A stretch of DNA of 64,000 nucleotides from Eledone cirrhosa (Eukaryota), in NCBI GenBank assembly GCA_964016885.1, contig OZ024763.1:1364001-1428000 (forward strand). Direction: 5' to 3'. Below the pieces are notes generated by a model, which did not search any database, was not told where the DNA came from, and saw only the letters and a list, made by a program, of their open reading frames with translations. The translations under genes and the position numbers were made by a program. Position 1 is the stretch's first letter. Every line of letters begins with the position of its first letter. This document shows, in pieces, positions 37,820 to 51,142 of this stretch.

Positions 37820-40800
37820 TAAGATACTTAACTCTGTGTGTGTTAGTTGTCTAAGATACTTAACTCTGTGTGTGTTAGTTGTCTAAGATACTTAATTCTG
37901 TGTATGTTAGTTGTCTAAGATACTTAACTCTGTGTGTGTTAGTTGTCTAAGATACTTAATTCTGTGTATGTTAGTTGTCTAAGATACTTAACTCTGTGTG
38001 TGTTAGTTGTCTAAGATACTTAATTCTGTGTATGTTAGTTGTCTAAGATACTTAACTCTGTGTGTGTTAGTTGTCTAAGATACTTAACTCTGTGTGTGTT
38101 AGTTGTCTAAGATACTTAACTCTGTGTGTGTTAGTTGTCTAAGATACTTAACTCTGTGTGTGTTAGTTATCTAAGATACTTAATTCTGTGTGTGTTAGTT
38201 GTCTAAGATACTTAACTCTGTGTATGTTAGTTGTCTAAGATACTTAATTCTGTGTATGTTAGTTGTCTAAGATACTTAATTCTGTGTGTGTTAGTTGTGT
38301 AAGATACTTAATTCTGTGTGTGTTAGTTGTGTAAGATACTTAATTCTGTATATGTTAGTTGTCTAAGAAACTTAATTCTGTGTGTGTTAGTTGTCTAAGA
38401 TACTTAATTCTGTGTATGTTAGTTGTCTAAGATACTTAACTCTGTGTATGTTAGTTGTCTAAGATACTTAATTCTGTGTATGTTAGTTGTCTAAGATACT
38501 TAATTCTGTGTGTGTTAGTTGTCTAAGCTAATTAATTCTGTGTGTGTTAGTTGTCTAAGATACTTAACTCTGTGTATGTTAGTTGTCTAAGATACTTAAC
38601 TCTGTGTGTGTTAGTTGTCTAAGATACTTAACTCTGTGTGTGTTAGTTGTCTAAGATACTTAACTCTGTGTATGTTAGTTGTCTAAGATACTTAACTCTG
38701 TGTATGTTAGTTGTCTAAGATACTTAATTCTGTGTATGTTAGTTGTCTAAGATACTTAATTCTGTGTGTGTTAGTTGTCTAAGATACTTAACTCTGTGTG
38801 TGTTAGTTGTCTAAGATACTTAATTCTGTGTGTGTTAGTTGTCTAAGATACTTAATTCTGTGTGTGTTAGTTGTCTAAGATACTTAACTCTGTGTGTGTT
38901 AGTTGTCTAAGATACTTAATTCTGTGTGTGTTAGTTGTCTAAGATACTTAACTCTGTGTGTGTTAGTTGTCTAAGATACTTAATTCTGTGTGTGTTAGTT
39001 GTCTAAGATACTTAATTCTGTGTATGTTAGTTGTCTAAGATACTTAATTCTGTGTGTGTTAGTTGTCTAAGATACTTAACTCTGTGTGTGTTAGTTGTCT
39101 AAGATACTTAACTCTGTGTATGTTAGTTGTCTAAGATACTTAACTCTGTGTGTGTTAGTTGTCTAAGATACTTAACTCTGTGTATGTTAGTTGTCTAAGA
39201 TACTTAATTCTGTGTGTGTTAAGATACTTAACTCTGTGTATGTTAGTTGTCTAAGATACTTAATTCTGTGTGTGTTAGTTGTCTAAGATACTTAATTCTG
39301 TGTGTGTTAGTTGTCTAAGATACTTTATTCTGTGTGTGTTAGTTGTCTAAGATACTTAATTCTGTGTATGTTAGTTGTCTAAGATACTTAATTCTGTGTG
39401 TGTTAGTTGTCTAAGATACTTAATTCTGTGTGTGTTAGTTGTCTAAGATACTTAATTCTGTGTGTGTTAGTTGTCTAAGATACTTAATTCTGTGTGTGTT
39501 AGTTGTCTAAGATACTTAATTCTGTGTGTGTTAGTTGTCTAAGATACTTAACTCTGTGTGTGTTAGTTGTCTAAGATACTTAATTCTGTGTGTGTTATTT
39601 GTCTAAGATACTTAATTCTGTGTGTGTTAGTTGTCTAAGATACTTAATTCTGTGTATGTTAGTTGTCTAAGATACTTAACTCTGTGTATGTTAGTTGTCT
39701 AAGATACTTAATTCTGTGTGTGTTAAGATACTTAACTCTGTGTATGTTAGTTGTCTAAGATACTTAATTCTGTGTGTGTTAGTTGTCTAAGATACTTAAC
39801 TCTGTGTATGTTAGTTGTCTAAGATACTTAACTCTGTGTGTGTTAGTTGTCTAAGATACTTAACTCTGTGTATGTTAGTTGTCTAAGATACTTAATTCTG
39901 TCTGTGTTAGTTGTCTAAGATACTTAACTCTGTGTATGTTAGTTGTCTAAGATACTTAATTCTGTGTGTGTTAGTTGTCTAAGATACTTAATTCTGTGTG
40001 TGTTAGTTGTCTAAGATACTTAATTCTGTGTATGTTAGTTGTCTAAGATACTTAACTCTGTGTATGTTAGTTGTCTAAGATACTTAATTCTGTGTGTGTT
40101 AAGATACTTAACTCTGTGTATGTTAGTTGTCTAAGATACTTAATTCTGTGTGTGTTAGTTGTCTAAGATACTTAACTCTGTGTATGTTAGTTGTCTAAGA
40201 TACTTAACTCTGTGTATGTTAGTTGTCTAAGATACTTAATTCTGTGTGTGTTAGTTGTCTAAGATACTTAACTCTGTGTATGTTAGTTGTCTAAGATACT
40301 TAATTCTGTGTGTGTTAGTTGTCTAAGATACTTAACTCTGTGTATGTTAGTTGTCTAAGATACTTAATTCTGTGTGTGTTAGTTGTCTAAGATACTTAAC
40401 TCTGTGTATGTTAGTTGTCTAAGATACTTAACTCTGTGTGTGTTAGTTGTCTAAGATACTTAACTCTGTGTATGTTAGTTGTCTAAGATACTTAATTCTG
40501 TGTGTGTTAGTTGTCTAAGATACTTAACTCTGTGTATGTTAGTTGTCTAAGATACTTAATTCTGTGTGTGTTAGTTGTCTAAGATACTTAATTCTGTGTG
40601 TGTTAGTTGTCTAAGATACTTAATTCTGTGTGTGTTAGTTGTCTAAGATACTTAATTCTGTGTATGTTAGTTGTCTAAGATACTTAATTCTGTGTGTGTT
40701 AGTTGTCTAAGATACTTAATTCTGTGTATGTTAGTTGTCTAAGATACTTAACTCTGTGTATGTTAGTTGTCTAAGATACTTAATTCTGTGTGTGTTAGTT

Positions 40801-40946
40801 GTCTAAGATACTCAATTCTGTGTATGTTAGTTGTCTAAGATACTTAACTCTGTGTATGTTAGTTGTCTAAGATACTTAATTCTGTGTGTGTTAGTTGTCT
40901 AAGATACTTAATTCTGTGTGTGTTAGTTGTCTAAGATACTTAACTC
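37820..40946. repeat. 32-bp minisatellite, ~98 copies
   Basis: Unit taagatacttaaytctgtgtrtgttagttgtc. Confidence 0.97.
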
Positions 40947-41303
40947 TCCACATGGAACATATTTAACTGTATATGAAGATTCTAAACTACTTTATGGTAA
41001 AGGTACAGTTATATTCTTGATAATACTTTTTAAAAATTACTCAGGAAAATATCTCTATTTTTTATATTCTGGTACTATTAAAAGTGTGTATGTGTTATCA
41101 ATACAATACTATATCAATATATGTTACATTAGAATTTGTCTGAGTGTGTGTGAGAAGAATTTAAAATACTTTATAACAATAGCACAGCTTTGTTTTTGAT
41201 AATTAAAAAAAAAAATGTTTAAATAGCCAGGAAAATATTGCTAATATGTAAATGTTGGCACTATCGAAAGTGTGTGTGTTGTCAATTCAATACTATCTTT
41301 ATA

Positions 41304-41781
41304 TACAGGATGGCCCCCAAAACTCCTTGATTTCAAGTATTTATAATATGAAAACTTAAATGAATATTCTTACAATATTGGTGGCTACAGTTGTATAAAC
41401 TAACAATGTCTCATGTGGTATTGGTTGATATCACACCATGTGGTATTGGTAGATATCACACGTGGTATTGGTTGATATCACACCATGTGGTATTGGTAGA
41501 TATCACACCATGTGGTATTGGTTGATATCACACCATGTGGTATTGGTTGATATCACACCATGTGGTATTGGTAGATATCACACCATGTGGTATTGGTAGA
41601 TATCACACGTGGTATTGGTAGATATCACACCATGTGGTATTGGTAGATATCACACCATGTGGTATTGGTAGATATCACATGTGGTATTGGTTGATATTAT
41701 AGACACTTGATGTCCCCTTTTGTTCCTCGGCAAACATCAATATTATAATCAAGCTCAGAATGTTTTTGTGGTCACCCTGTA
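41304..41781. mobile_element. Tc1/mariner-type MITE containing a ~25-bp tandem array (41413-41695)
   Basis: TA-bounded imperfect TIRs tacaggatggcc / ggtcaccctgta; array unit atgtggtattggtwgatatcacacc. Confidence 0.55.
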
Positions 41782-41941
41782 TATTTAATTATAAGTCACT
41801 AAAGATTCTAAGATACTTTACTACAGTGGTACAGCTTTTATTTTTTAAATATTTTTATCTACTCGATAAAGTGATGGATGTATTGAAGAAGAAAAAAAAA
41901 CCTCCAAAAAATGTTATTGTATTCTTTAAATGTTTATTTAG

Positions 41942-42247
41942 GAATTCCGCCTGGCATTACTCACTTGTTGGGTGACCCAGCATATTCTTCATTAGTAGAA
42001 CGAATATCTGCAGAGCGACTTCAGGCTGAGCGTCTTGCTCTCAGCACAGACCCGATGGTTCGCCTGCAGATGGCGAGCCTGTCTGCAGCGTCTACGCACG
42101 CTCACACGCACACGCACGCTCACGCTCACACGCACCTCCACGTGCACCAGCAGGATCATTTACTACAGTACGGCCTCCATTACGCAGCCGGTGCAGCGGG
42201 TTCTGTTTCGTGCCAGCCGCTGGCTGTCTTTCAAGGTCTTTGCCAAG
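41942..42247 (+). CDS. RERE: Atrophin/RERE exon f (phase 1 to 1): IPPGITHLLGDP...ERISAERLQAERLALSTDPMVRLQMASL...HAHTHLHVHQQD...GLCQ
   Basis: tttAG acceptor, GTAAGA donor. Matches the conserved atrophin C-terminal motifs AER..DP..RLQM and H-x-H-x-HLHxHQQD. The 3' boundary is less certain than the 5' one. Confidence 0.9.
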
Positions 42248-42373
42248 GTAAGAGGGCCACTCTTGAGTGGTGGTGGCCACGAACGTCACCGTTGCTTTTC
42301 ATTTTTCTTCTCTCTTATTAATCCTCGGCCTTTTTTCTTCTTTTTTTTTTTCCTCTTCAACATGTCATTCCAG

Positions 42374-42544
42374 ATATTCTTCATAACGATCACATGACAG
42401 GACGAATGATATATGAAATTTACTCTCAACGATTCACAAATGAACAACACATCTACTTGCAAAGAGTAACTAACGAGTGTTACCTACGTTCAAAGCATGA
42501 TAGAAGTTTGGTAGATCCCTCACATTTGGTGTATCAATTTTCTC
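42374..42544 (+). CDS. RERE: Putative additional symmetric exon g (phase 1 to 1, 171 nt): [57 protein letters not shown]
   Basis: Long polypyrimidine tract + ccAG acceptor, open frame, consensus GTAAGT donor, keeps frame. No atrophin similarity recognised. Confidence 0.65.
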
Positions 42545-42661
42545 GTAAGTCTATTGTACATAACAAAAACAACAGAAATACGTATATGAATATATACAAT
42601 CATATATATATATATAAGTATATATTAATGTATCTATTATATATATATGTGTGTGTGTGTA

Positions 42662-42703
<42 letters not shown>

Positions 42704-42733
42704 CATATTTTATATATATATATATATACATAC

Positions 42734-42802
<69 letters not shown>

Positions 42803-43060
42803 CTTATATAAATGTATATATAATATATAGATATATGTATATTTATAATATATAAATGTATATATATATGTATATGTATAATATATAGATATATATCTAT
42901 AATATATAGATATATATATATGTATAATATATATATATATATATGTATAATATATGTATATATATATGTGTATACATCGATATATTGCTTTCTACTACTG
43001 TAACAAAGGTTGCTGCCATTTTCAGCTGACCTTCAAAGCCTGAGTTGTGGTATTATTATA

Positions 43061-43100
<40 letters not shown>

Positions 43101-43767
43101 GGGATGGTGGGGATATCACACCTGTGTCAATTTTTACCTATCATCTGATCAAAAAAGGATTTTTTTTCTCTTCTGTACCTGATCACTGATCACCATGGTT
43201 ACAGAAACATCCCCTATTTTTTTTTTCCCTTCCCTTCACAAACCCTTTTAAAGAAAGAAATTATGTCCCTTTACGAACTGAGTTCAAATCCCGCCGAGGT
43301 TAACTTTGCCTTTCATCCTTACGGGGTCGATAAAATAAAGTACCAGTAATACACTGGGGGTAATTGCTGGCCTTGTGCCAAAAGTAGAAACAATTATTAT
43401 TAATATTTTTTCATCCTTATGGGATTGATAAAATAAAGTACCAGTAATGTGCTGGAGATTGATTTAATCAACTTTCCCCTCCCCCCAAAATTGTTAGCCT
43501 TGTTCTTAACACAGAAACCATTATTGTTTTATTCCCAGTCAGGTTTAGTCAGTTCCACTTATTATCTCTGTTTGCCAACTTTTACTCTCAATTGTTCTGG
43601 TTCCACTTAGCAGAGAAGTAGTTTCTAGTGTGTGTTTAACAGATGGGCTTCTGCTACTTGTAATGTGTTGGCTTGTTGTAACCTCCTGTAATATGAATAC
43701 ACAGACATATAAAACCTGTCAACTACCATCTATATCATCATCATCATCATCATCATCATCGTTTTAA

Positions 43768-44743
43768 CACTTTAGCATTTAAACCGGCTGTATCCGGCCA
43801 GAATTTTCTCATCTCTTTCTGTTCAAACCAGCCATAACCAGTCGCTCATGTTGACGTTAAGGTATTGTTCTCAAAATAAATAACATCAAAATCTCATAGA
43901 TTCAATATTATGTGAGATATTATGTGAGGTAAAGCCTTTACTGTGATAATACAATAGTATATATAGAGTAATGTAAATGTTATGTGAGGTAAAGCCTTTA
44001 CTGTGAAAATACAATAGTATATATAGAGTAATGTAAATGTTATGTGAGATATTATGTGAGGTAAAGCCTTTACTGTGAAAATATAATAGTATATATAGAG
44101 TAATATAAATGTTATGTGAGATATTATGTGAGGTAAAGCCTTTACTGTGAAAATATAATAGTATATATAGAGTAATGTAAATGTTATGTGAGGTAAAGCC
44201 TTTACTGTGAAAATACAATAGTATATATAGAGTAATGTAAATGTTATGTGAGATATTATGTGAGGTAAAGCCTTTACTGTGATAATACAATAGTATATAT
44301 AGAGTAATGTAAATATTATGTGAGATATTATGTGAGGTAAAGCCTTTACTGTGAAAATACAATAGTATATATAGAGTAATGTAAATGTTATATGAGGTAA
44401 AGCCTTTACTGTGAAAATACAATAGTATATATAGAGTAATGTAAATGTTATGTGAGATATTATGTGAGGTAAAGCCTTTACTGTGAAAATACAATAGTAT
44501 ATATAGAGTAATGTAAATGTTATGTGAGATATTATGTGAGGTAAAGCCTTTACTGTGAAAATACAATAGTATATATAGAGTAATGTAAATGTTATGTGAG
44601 ATATTATGTGAGGTAAAGCCTTTACTGTGAAAATACAATAGTATATATAGAGTAATGTAAATGTTATGTGAGATATTATGTGAGGTAAAGCCTTTACTGT
44701 GAAAATACAATAGTATATATAGAGTAATGTAAATGGTAAAAAG
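43768..44743 (+). mobile_element. piggyBac-type MITE with an internal 72/60-bp array
   Basis: TTAA flanks, degenerate TIRs, same body as 24656-25778. Confidence 0.8.
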
Positions 44744-45076
44744 TTAATCCTGTAGGCGAGCTTATCACCACCACCCCCTGGCCTAAGGGTGGAGTCCATT
44801 CCATTGCAAACATTTCAGACATGGGTCTCTAGTTAGAGAGAGAGAAAGAAAATGCTGTTCTTCTTCCCACCCGTCTTAGAGGCCCTGAAAAATAGTGATG
44901 GTCAAACAGACCTTCTTGAATAAAAAAAGAGAGAGACTTTTTTTTAAAACACATAGACACACACACACACATACATATACATACACACACACACTCACAT
45001 CGTTTAACATCCATCTTCCATGCTAGCATGGGTAGGACATACATATATCATCATTTCATCATCACATACATATATC

Positions 45077-45402
45077 ATCATTTCATTTTACGTCCACTGT
45101 TCCCTGCTTGTGGGACGGGTACTGATTCTGGCTTGATTTCTACAGCTGGATGCCCTTCCTAACACAAACCTCATCTAAAGTGAGTGCTGGGTGCCTTTTT
45201 CCCGTGGCACCTCCACGACCACTTTGCAGTGGAATGATAGGGACCCCAGTCTCTATCATCTCATTTCTACAGCTGAGTAAACTGGAGCAATGTAAAATAA
45301 AGTGTCTTGCTCAAGGAAACAACACATCACCCGGTCTGAGAATTGAACTCACAACCTTTCGATTGCAAGGCCAATGCTCTAACCACTAAGCCATGTGCCT
45401 CC
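45077..45402 (-). mobile_element. CORE-SINE family A copy (inverted)
   Basis: Reverse complement of family A. Confidence 0.85.
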
Positions 45403-45670
45403 ATATATACACACATATGGGTAGGACATACATATATATACACACATAAAGAAAAAGCTGTCATTTTTCTTCATAGTTCTCCTGAAAATATTACAAGACA
45501 AAATAAAACCATTCCTTTATCTTCAAAACTATTTATATTCATAAAGTCTGTAAAAGGTGTCTTTAAGTGTAAAGTTCTCTTAATAATTCCTGTAATATTG
45601 CTAACTTATAACAACTTGAAGAATTGACCCACTGCCTCGTTCTTTTTGTCTGATAGTGAACAAAACAGAA

Positions 45671-45722
<52 letters not shown>

Positions 45723-45792
45723 AAAGTCAATGTTTCTGCCAAAATTAGGAATAACGATGTCATTATTGTTGGTAGAATTACTGTTTATATTA

Positions 45793-45830
<38 letters not shown>

Positions 45831-45939
45831 ACTATTATTGTTTCTCTGTGATTCCGATTCTGCTCTCGTCAGTTGTCGCTGTGTCTGCATTTCTTGCTAG
45901 AATTAATGTTTATATTGTCATTATTATTATTATTAATCA

Positions 45940-46335
45940 GTAGAGCGTCAGACAATATGCTTCACAGCATAGCTACGGCCCTTTACGTTCTGAGTTCAAA
46001 TCCCGTCAAGGTTAACTTTAACTTTGTCTTTCATCCTTACGGGGTCGATAAAATAACGTACCAGTAATGCACTGGGGTAATAGCTGGCCTTGTGCCAAAA
46101 GTAGAAACATATTTATTATTGTTGGCAGCAATCGGTAGAGCGTTGGACTCCATGCTTCGCGGCATAGAGTTACAACCCTTTATATTCTGATTTCAAAATC
46201 CTGATGAGGTTAGCTTTGCCTTTCATCCTTACGGGGTCGATAAAATAATGTACCAGTAATGCACTGGGGTCAATTTAATCGACTTTCCGTTCCCCCAAAA
46301 TTGCTGGGCTTATGCCTAAAGTAGAAACCATTAAT
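45940..46335 (+). mobile_element. Two tandem SINEs with a Meta/MESC-like central domain; others at ~6600-6760 (-), 10565-10670 (-), 26810-26995, 43270-43525, 58765-58955
   Basis: B box gagttcaaatcc followed by tttgcctttcatccttacggggtcgataaaat..gtaccag and an (ATT)n tail. Domain name recalled from memory. Confidence 0.65.
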
Positions 46336-46637
46336 TTTATTTCTCTCTGATTCTGATTCCAATCTTGTTAATTGTCTTTAAACTGTGTCTGCACTTCTTG
46401 ATTCAATGTATTTATATATATAGGAACGAGTAGGACCCCGACGGCTGAGCTCAAGCCGTTTCGACGGCTAATTCAGTCCAGAATTAGCCGTCGAAACGGC
46501 TTGAGCTCAGCCGTCGGGGTCCTACTCGTTCCTATTACCCACTCTACTACCCTAAATATTGAGTACTTTGGTGCGTTATGGTCCACCTGGTTCCTTACCA
46601 CATTTCCTCCGTTATATATATATATATATATATATTG

Positions 46638-46806
46638 CAGTGAAATTCCGTTATAACAAAATTCACGAGGTGTAAAAAAAGAATTTGTTGTAATGAAAAA
46701 TTCCTTATAACGAGCTCAACCGAAACAAATTGAGTGTTTGTTTCTTATTACCTCTAGGATTGAAAAAAATTGTTATAACGGTATTTGTTATAACAGAATT
46801 TTAACT
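46638..46806. mobile_element. Tigger-like MITE
   Basis: TIRs cagtgaaattccgttataacaaa / tttgttataacagaattttaact. Confidence 0.5.
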
Positions 46807-46809
46807 TTT

Positions 46810-46869
46810 TTCATTCTGATGATTGAAAGCAAAATTTTTTTTGCTTTTAAGAAACCACTGGTAAATGGA
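46810..46869 (+). ncRNA. Type I hammerhead on the RERE sense strand; damaged relatives at ~17721-17785 and ~50224-50290
   Basis: TTCATT CTGATGA TTGAAAGCAAAA tttt TTTTGCTTTTAA GAAA CCACTGG TA AATGGA. Confidence 0.85.
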
Positions 46870-46971
46870 ATAATTGCCTTATGTTGTTTATTACATAACT
46901 ATTAAGCTCTGTTACCTACATAGAGCACTCTTTTTTCCTGGACTTTTCCGATGGAATTACTTCATTCATTC

Positions 46972-47047
<76 letters not shown>

Positions 47048-47419
47048 TTTTTTTTTAATTTCATTTTTTTTTTCTTCTTTAGTTAAATTTAAGAAAATAT
47101 TTATAAAAAAAAAAAGAATTTAAAGATTTTTTTCGGTTTCTTTCTGTGTGTTTTATGATTCCAAATAGTTTTAGTTTCGTGGTTTGTATTTATTACCCTG
47201 GTTATATTACCGGTTTATTACAAGTATTTTTGTAATTAAGGTTTACGACTTGGTGCTAGTTTGCTTAAAATCTTTTCATTGCTGTCTCTGATTTTCTTTA
47301 TTATTTTCATTATTAACATCATTATCATTATTTTTATTATTATTATTGTTATTATTTTATTATTATTATTATTCTTTGAGTCTCAGTCATTGATGTTATT
47401 TAACTGGAAAGTTTGTTGA

Positions 47420-47665
47420 AATGAATATCAAGCCGCTACCTGCAGCCTCAGATATTCAGGACGTATCGGAGGGTTCTTGCTGTTCCCAGCAAAGCATGCC
47501 TTTTGAAGTGTTCCAAAAAGCGGGGCTGGACTAACTTCCTTTAACCATCCTTGGAAACTCTTTGAGATAGTACCTGGTGCTCCCATGACAATTGGGACGA
47601 CCTTGATTTCATGGCAGTTCCAAATCCTTTTTTACCTCCCACTTTAAGTCCTGGTATCGGTTAAA
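47420..47665 (-). mobile_element. R4/Dong-like (restriction-like endonuclease) non-LTR 3' relic within (TAA)n
   Basis: Minus strand reads RYQDLK/EVKKIWNCHEIKVVPIVMGAPGTISK..LQKA (frameshifted); (ATT)n tracts on both sides. Confidence 0.7.
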
Positions 47666-47864
47666 TTATTATTATTATTATTATTATTGTCATTATTATT
47701 AGTGCTACTCTTGTTTTCTGTGGTTCGATATCATTGTTATTGTTGTCGTTACTGTCGTTATTATCGCTATCATGTAGAATTCAGGATGTCACTTTTGTGT
47801 TGTCTGTTGTTATTATTATTATTATTATTATTTGTACTGGTCTGTATTTAAAACACACATATAC

Positions 47865-47936
<72 letters not shown>

Positions 47937-50674
47937 AGAGAGACGGCTTTATTTGAACCTCTCCATTTTATTACATATATCTATTATACATATTTCTAAG
48001 ATGTCAGAGTGGTTACATGTTCTCATCCATAGAGTGCTTTATACCTGTATATGAAAAAGTGAATAATATATATATAAAGTGTGCTAGCAGCCAAAGTGTA
48101 TGATAAAGTTATATTTGGTGCAGTCTTGGTTACAAACTCTGTATATATACAGAGCTATATATATGTGTGTATATATATATATTCTGTCTATCTGGTGCTT
48201 AAGTAGTATCTCGTTAGAATTTTCTCTATTCTGTTTCGTTGCATTCCATGTTTGTTTGATTATATTCTAGAAATTATTGCTTTTAAAAGGCAACCTCTCT
48301 GTCCCTCACTCTCACTCACTCTCTCATTCGTCCCCTCTCTTTCTTCTCCATTGTAAATTATTTATGCAAAAAATAATAATCTCGTGCTTGCTTAACATGA
48401 TCTGAACATCATCTCTAAGGGAGTTTAGGCCTTGAAATTGCAAGGATAACCTCAGTTGATTAAAGTTATTTTCCATGTACATGTGTCTCTGTGTGTTATA
48501 TATATATGTATGTGTGTGTGTGCAAAGAGTAAACAGAAATAACAAAGCAAACAACACAGTACAATGAAAAAATATATTAGTTTATTGATTGATATAGTAG
48601 GAAAAGTGTTTTTATGTTTCGGACTCTAGTCCTTCATCAAAAGACAGACTGAGAAGAGGAAGGAACGGGAAACATTTTTTTATAGAAAAAACTTACTTAT
48701 ACACACACATGCACACACATAGGAATATGTTAGTCTAAATATATAATTATATCCTCATTTTATGTCCATTTTTCCATGCTGGCATCCAGTGGTCACTTGA
48801 GAGACTAACTCAGTTGGTATTTATCCTTAGAGCCACTGTCCTTCTTGTTTGCTAAAAATTCTCCTTCGGCATAGTTTCTACAGTTGGATGTCTAAACTCT
48901 AACTGTAACCACTTTAGAGAATATGCCAGACCCTGCTTGACCCCCCTGGACAGCTATGTCTTCAGAGCAGAGTGCAGACTATTTCTCACAATAGCACAAT
49001 ATGTCATTTTTGGCCTGCTGTTTGAGTGTATAAAGTGACATGAAAATACGTAGGAATTAGCCATTACTAGACACATTTAGACTCCTGGTTTACCTCTGGG
49101 TCTCCTACCAGTTAGTTGCATTTGCCTGTAAAAATCACTTGTCCTGCAGTTCTTTCCTTAAACATATTAATCTCATGTCTGTCGTAACCGGAGCTGTGAT
49201 ATCCTAATTTGGCCACTTACGTTTTAAGATGTGTGTGTGTGTGTATATACATATGTATGTGTATGTAAGTGTGTCTGCTTTGAAAATAAAACACAAAAAT
49301 TCATGTTTATATATACATATATATATATATATTTGGAATTAGTCTCAGTGCTCTGAAATAGCGATGTATGTATAGAATATTTTATAATATACTGTATGTT
49401 CATTTTAAAACATTTTGAAGACCATTTGCTATGAGTTTTAAAGTAGTGACTATGTCACATACTTAGTCTCGGTAAAAACAAAGGGAAGCAACCAACAGCT
49501 GTTTCTCGCTTGTTAGCGGTTACCAAGATTGCATACCCCGTCCCTTGTGCCGAGACTATACATACCTTTATATATACATCGCTATTTCAGAGCACTGATA
49601 CTAATTTAATTTTTACTGGACCGGCAACTGCTCTGCTTAATCAGCTCTTAAATATCACTGGAATTCTATAAGAATCCAACTTCTATAAACCTCAGCACAA
49701 GGGAAGGGATCTTGATATGCAATCTTGATAACCGCTAACAAGCGAGAAACATCCGCTGGTTGCTTCCCTTTGTTTTTGCCAAGACTAAGTAAGTGACATA
49801 ATGACTAGTTTAAAACTCATAGCAAATGGTCTGCAAAATGTTTTAAAATAAACATACAGTATATTATCAAATATACGATACATACATACACACATATATA
49901 TATATATATATACAAACTCGCACATTTATGTATGTAAGTGTGTGTGTGTATACATATATAACAAAGTGTTGTAGTTTGCTTGAAGCATCGTGGAATAAGA
50001 ATACAAATTTAAATAAGTTTAAATATTTTGGAGATCCGACAATGCATGGAAGATTAAAAGTGGCAAGGTACTAGGAGTTATAAAAAATAAAAGGACTGAG
50101 AATATATATATGTAGTTATGTAATAAACAACGTAAGATAATTATTCCATTTACCAAAGGTTTCATGAAGACAGATGAGCCTGACACAGACGTCAGAATGA
50201 AATTTTATTTTAAATAAAATTTTATTCTGACAACCGAAGTCAGACGTCTGTGTTAGGCTCGTCTGTCTTCGTGAAACCTTTGGTAAATGGAATAATTGTC
50301 TTATGTTGTTTATTACATAACTATAAAGCTCTGTAGCCTACATAGAGCACTCTCTTTTCCTTTACCTTTCCTACGGAAACACTTCATATATTTATATATA
50401 TACATATATTTATGTATATTGAAGAGGTACAATCCCAATGGTGAGATGAGTTGTTTTTAACCTGATTTCCCCCCAAATTTTTACTCTTAAAACAACTTGA
50501 GGATACAGGGTTGACACAGCAGATCCTTACCCCTTCACTGGTTGAAGCAGGTGGGCTCTCTGTTGGGGTCCCTACCTCTTTAATAAACCCATTCAGCATC
50601 TTATCATGCTTCGAGTACTATTATAGATTAAAACATTAAGTGCCAGTCTATTCTGCATTTCACACATGTGTATA

Positions 50675-51008
50675 CACACACACAAAATCACCCTCTCTAT
50701 TACTCACACACACACAAAATCACCCTCTCTATTACTCACACATACTCTCTATTACACACACACACAAACAAAATCACCCTCTCTATTACACACACACACA
50801 AACAAAATCACCCTCTCTATTACTCACACATACAAACAAAATCACCCTCTCTATTACACACACATACAAACAAAATCACCCTCTCTATTACACACACACA
50901 CAAACAAAATCACCCTCTCTATTACACACACACACAAACAAAATCACCCTCTCTATTACTCACACACACAAACAAAATCACCCTCTCTATTACACACACA
51001 TACAAACA
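50675..51008. repeat. ~34-bp minisatellite
   Basis: Unit acaaaatcaccctctctatta(ca)n. Confidence 0.9.
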
Positions 51009-51142
51009 ATGTATATCTACAGATGTGTGAGTAAAATAAATAAATCTTAAATTGAATTCTAGGGAATATTCTTTACCTCTAGCAATATATTTACATATCT
51101 TTCTATATATCTATATATCTGTCTTTCTATCTACATATCTAT

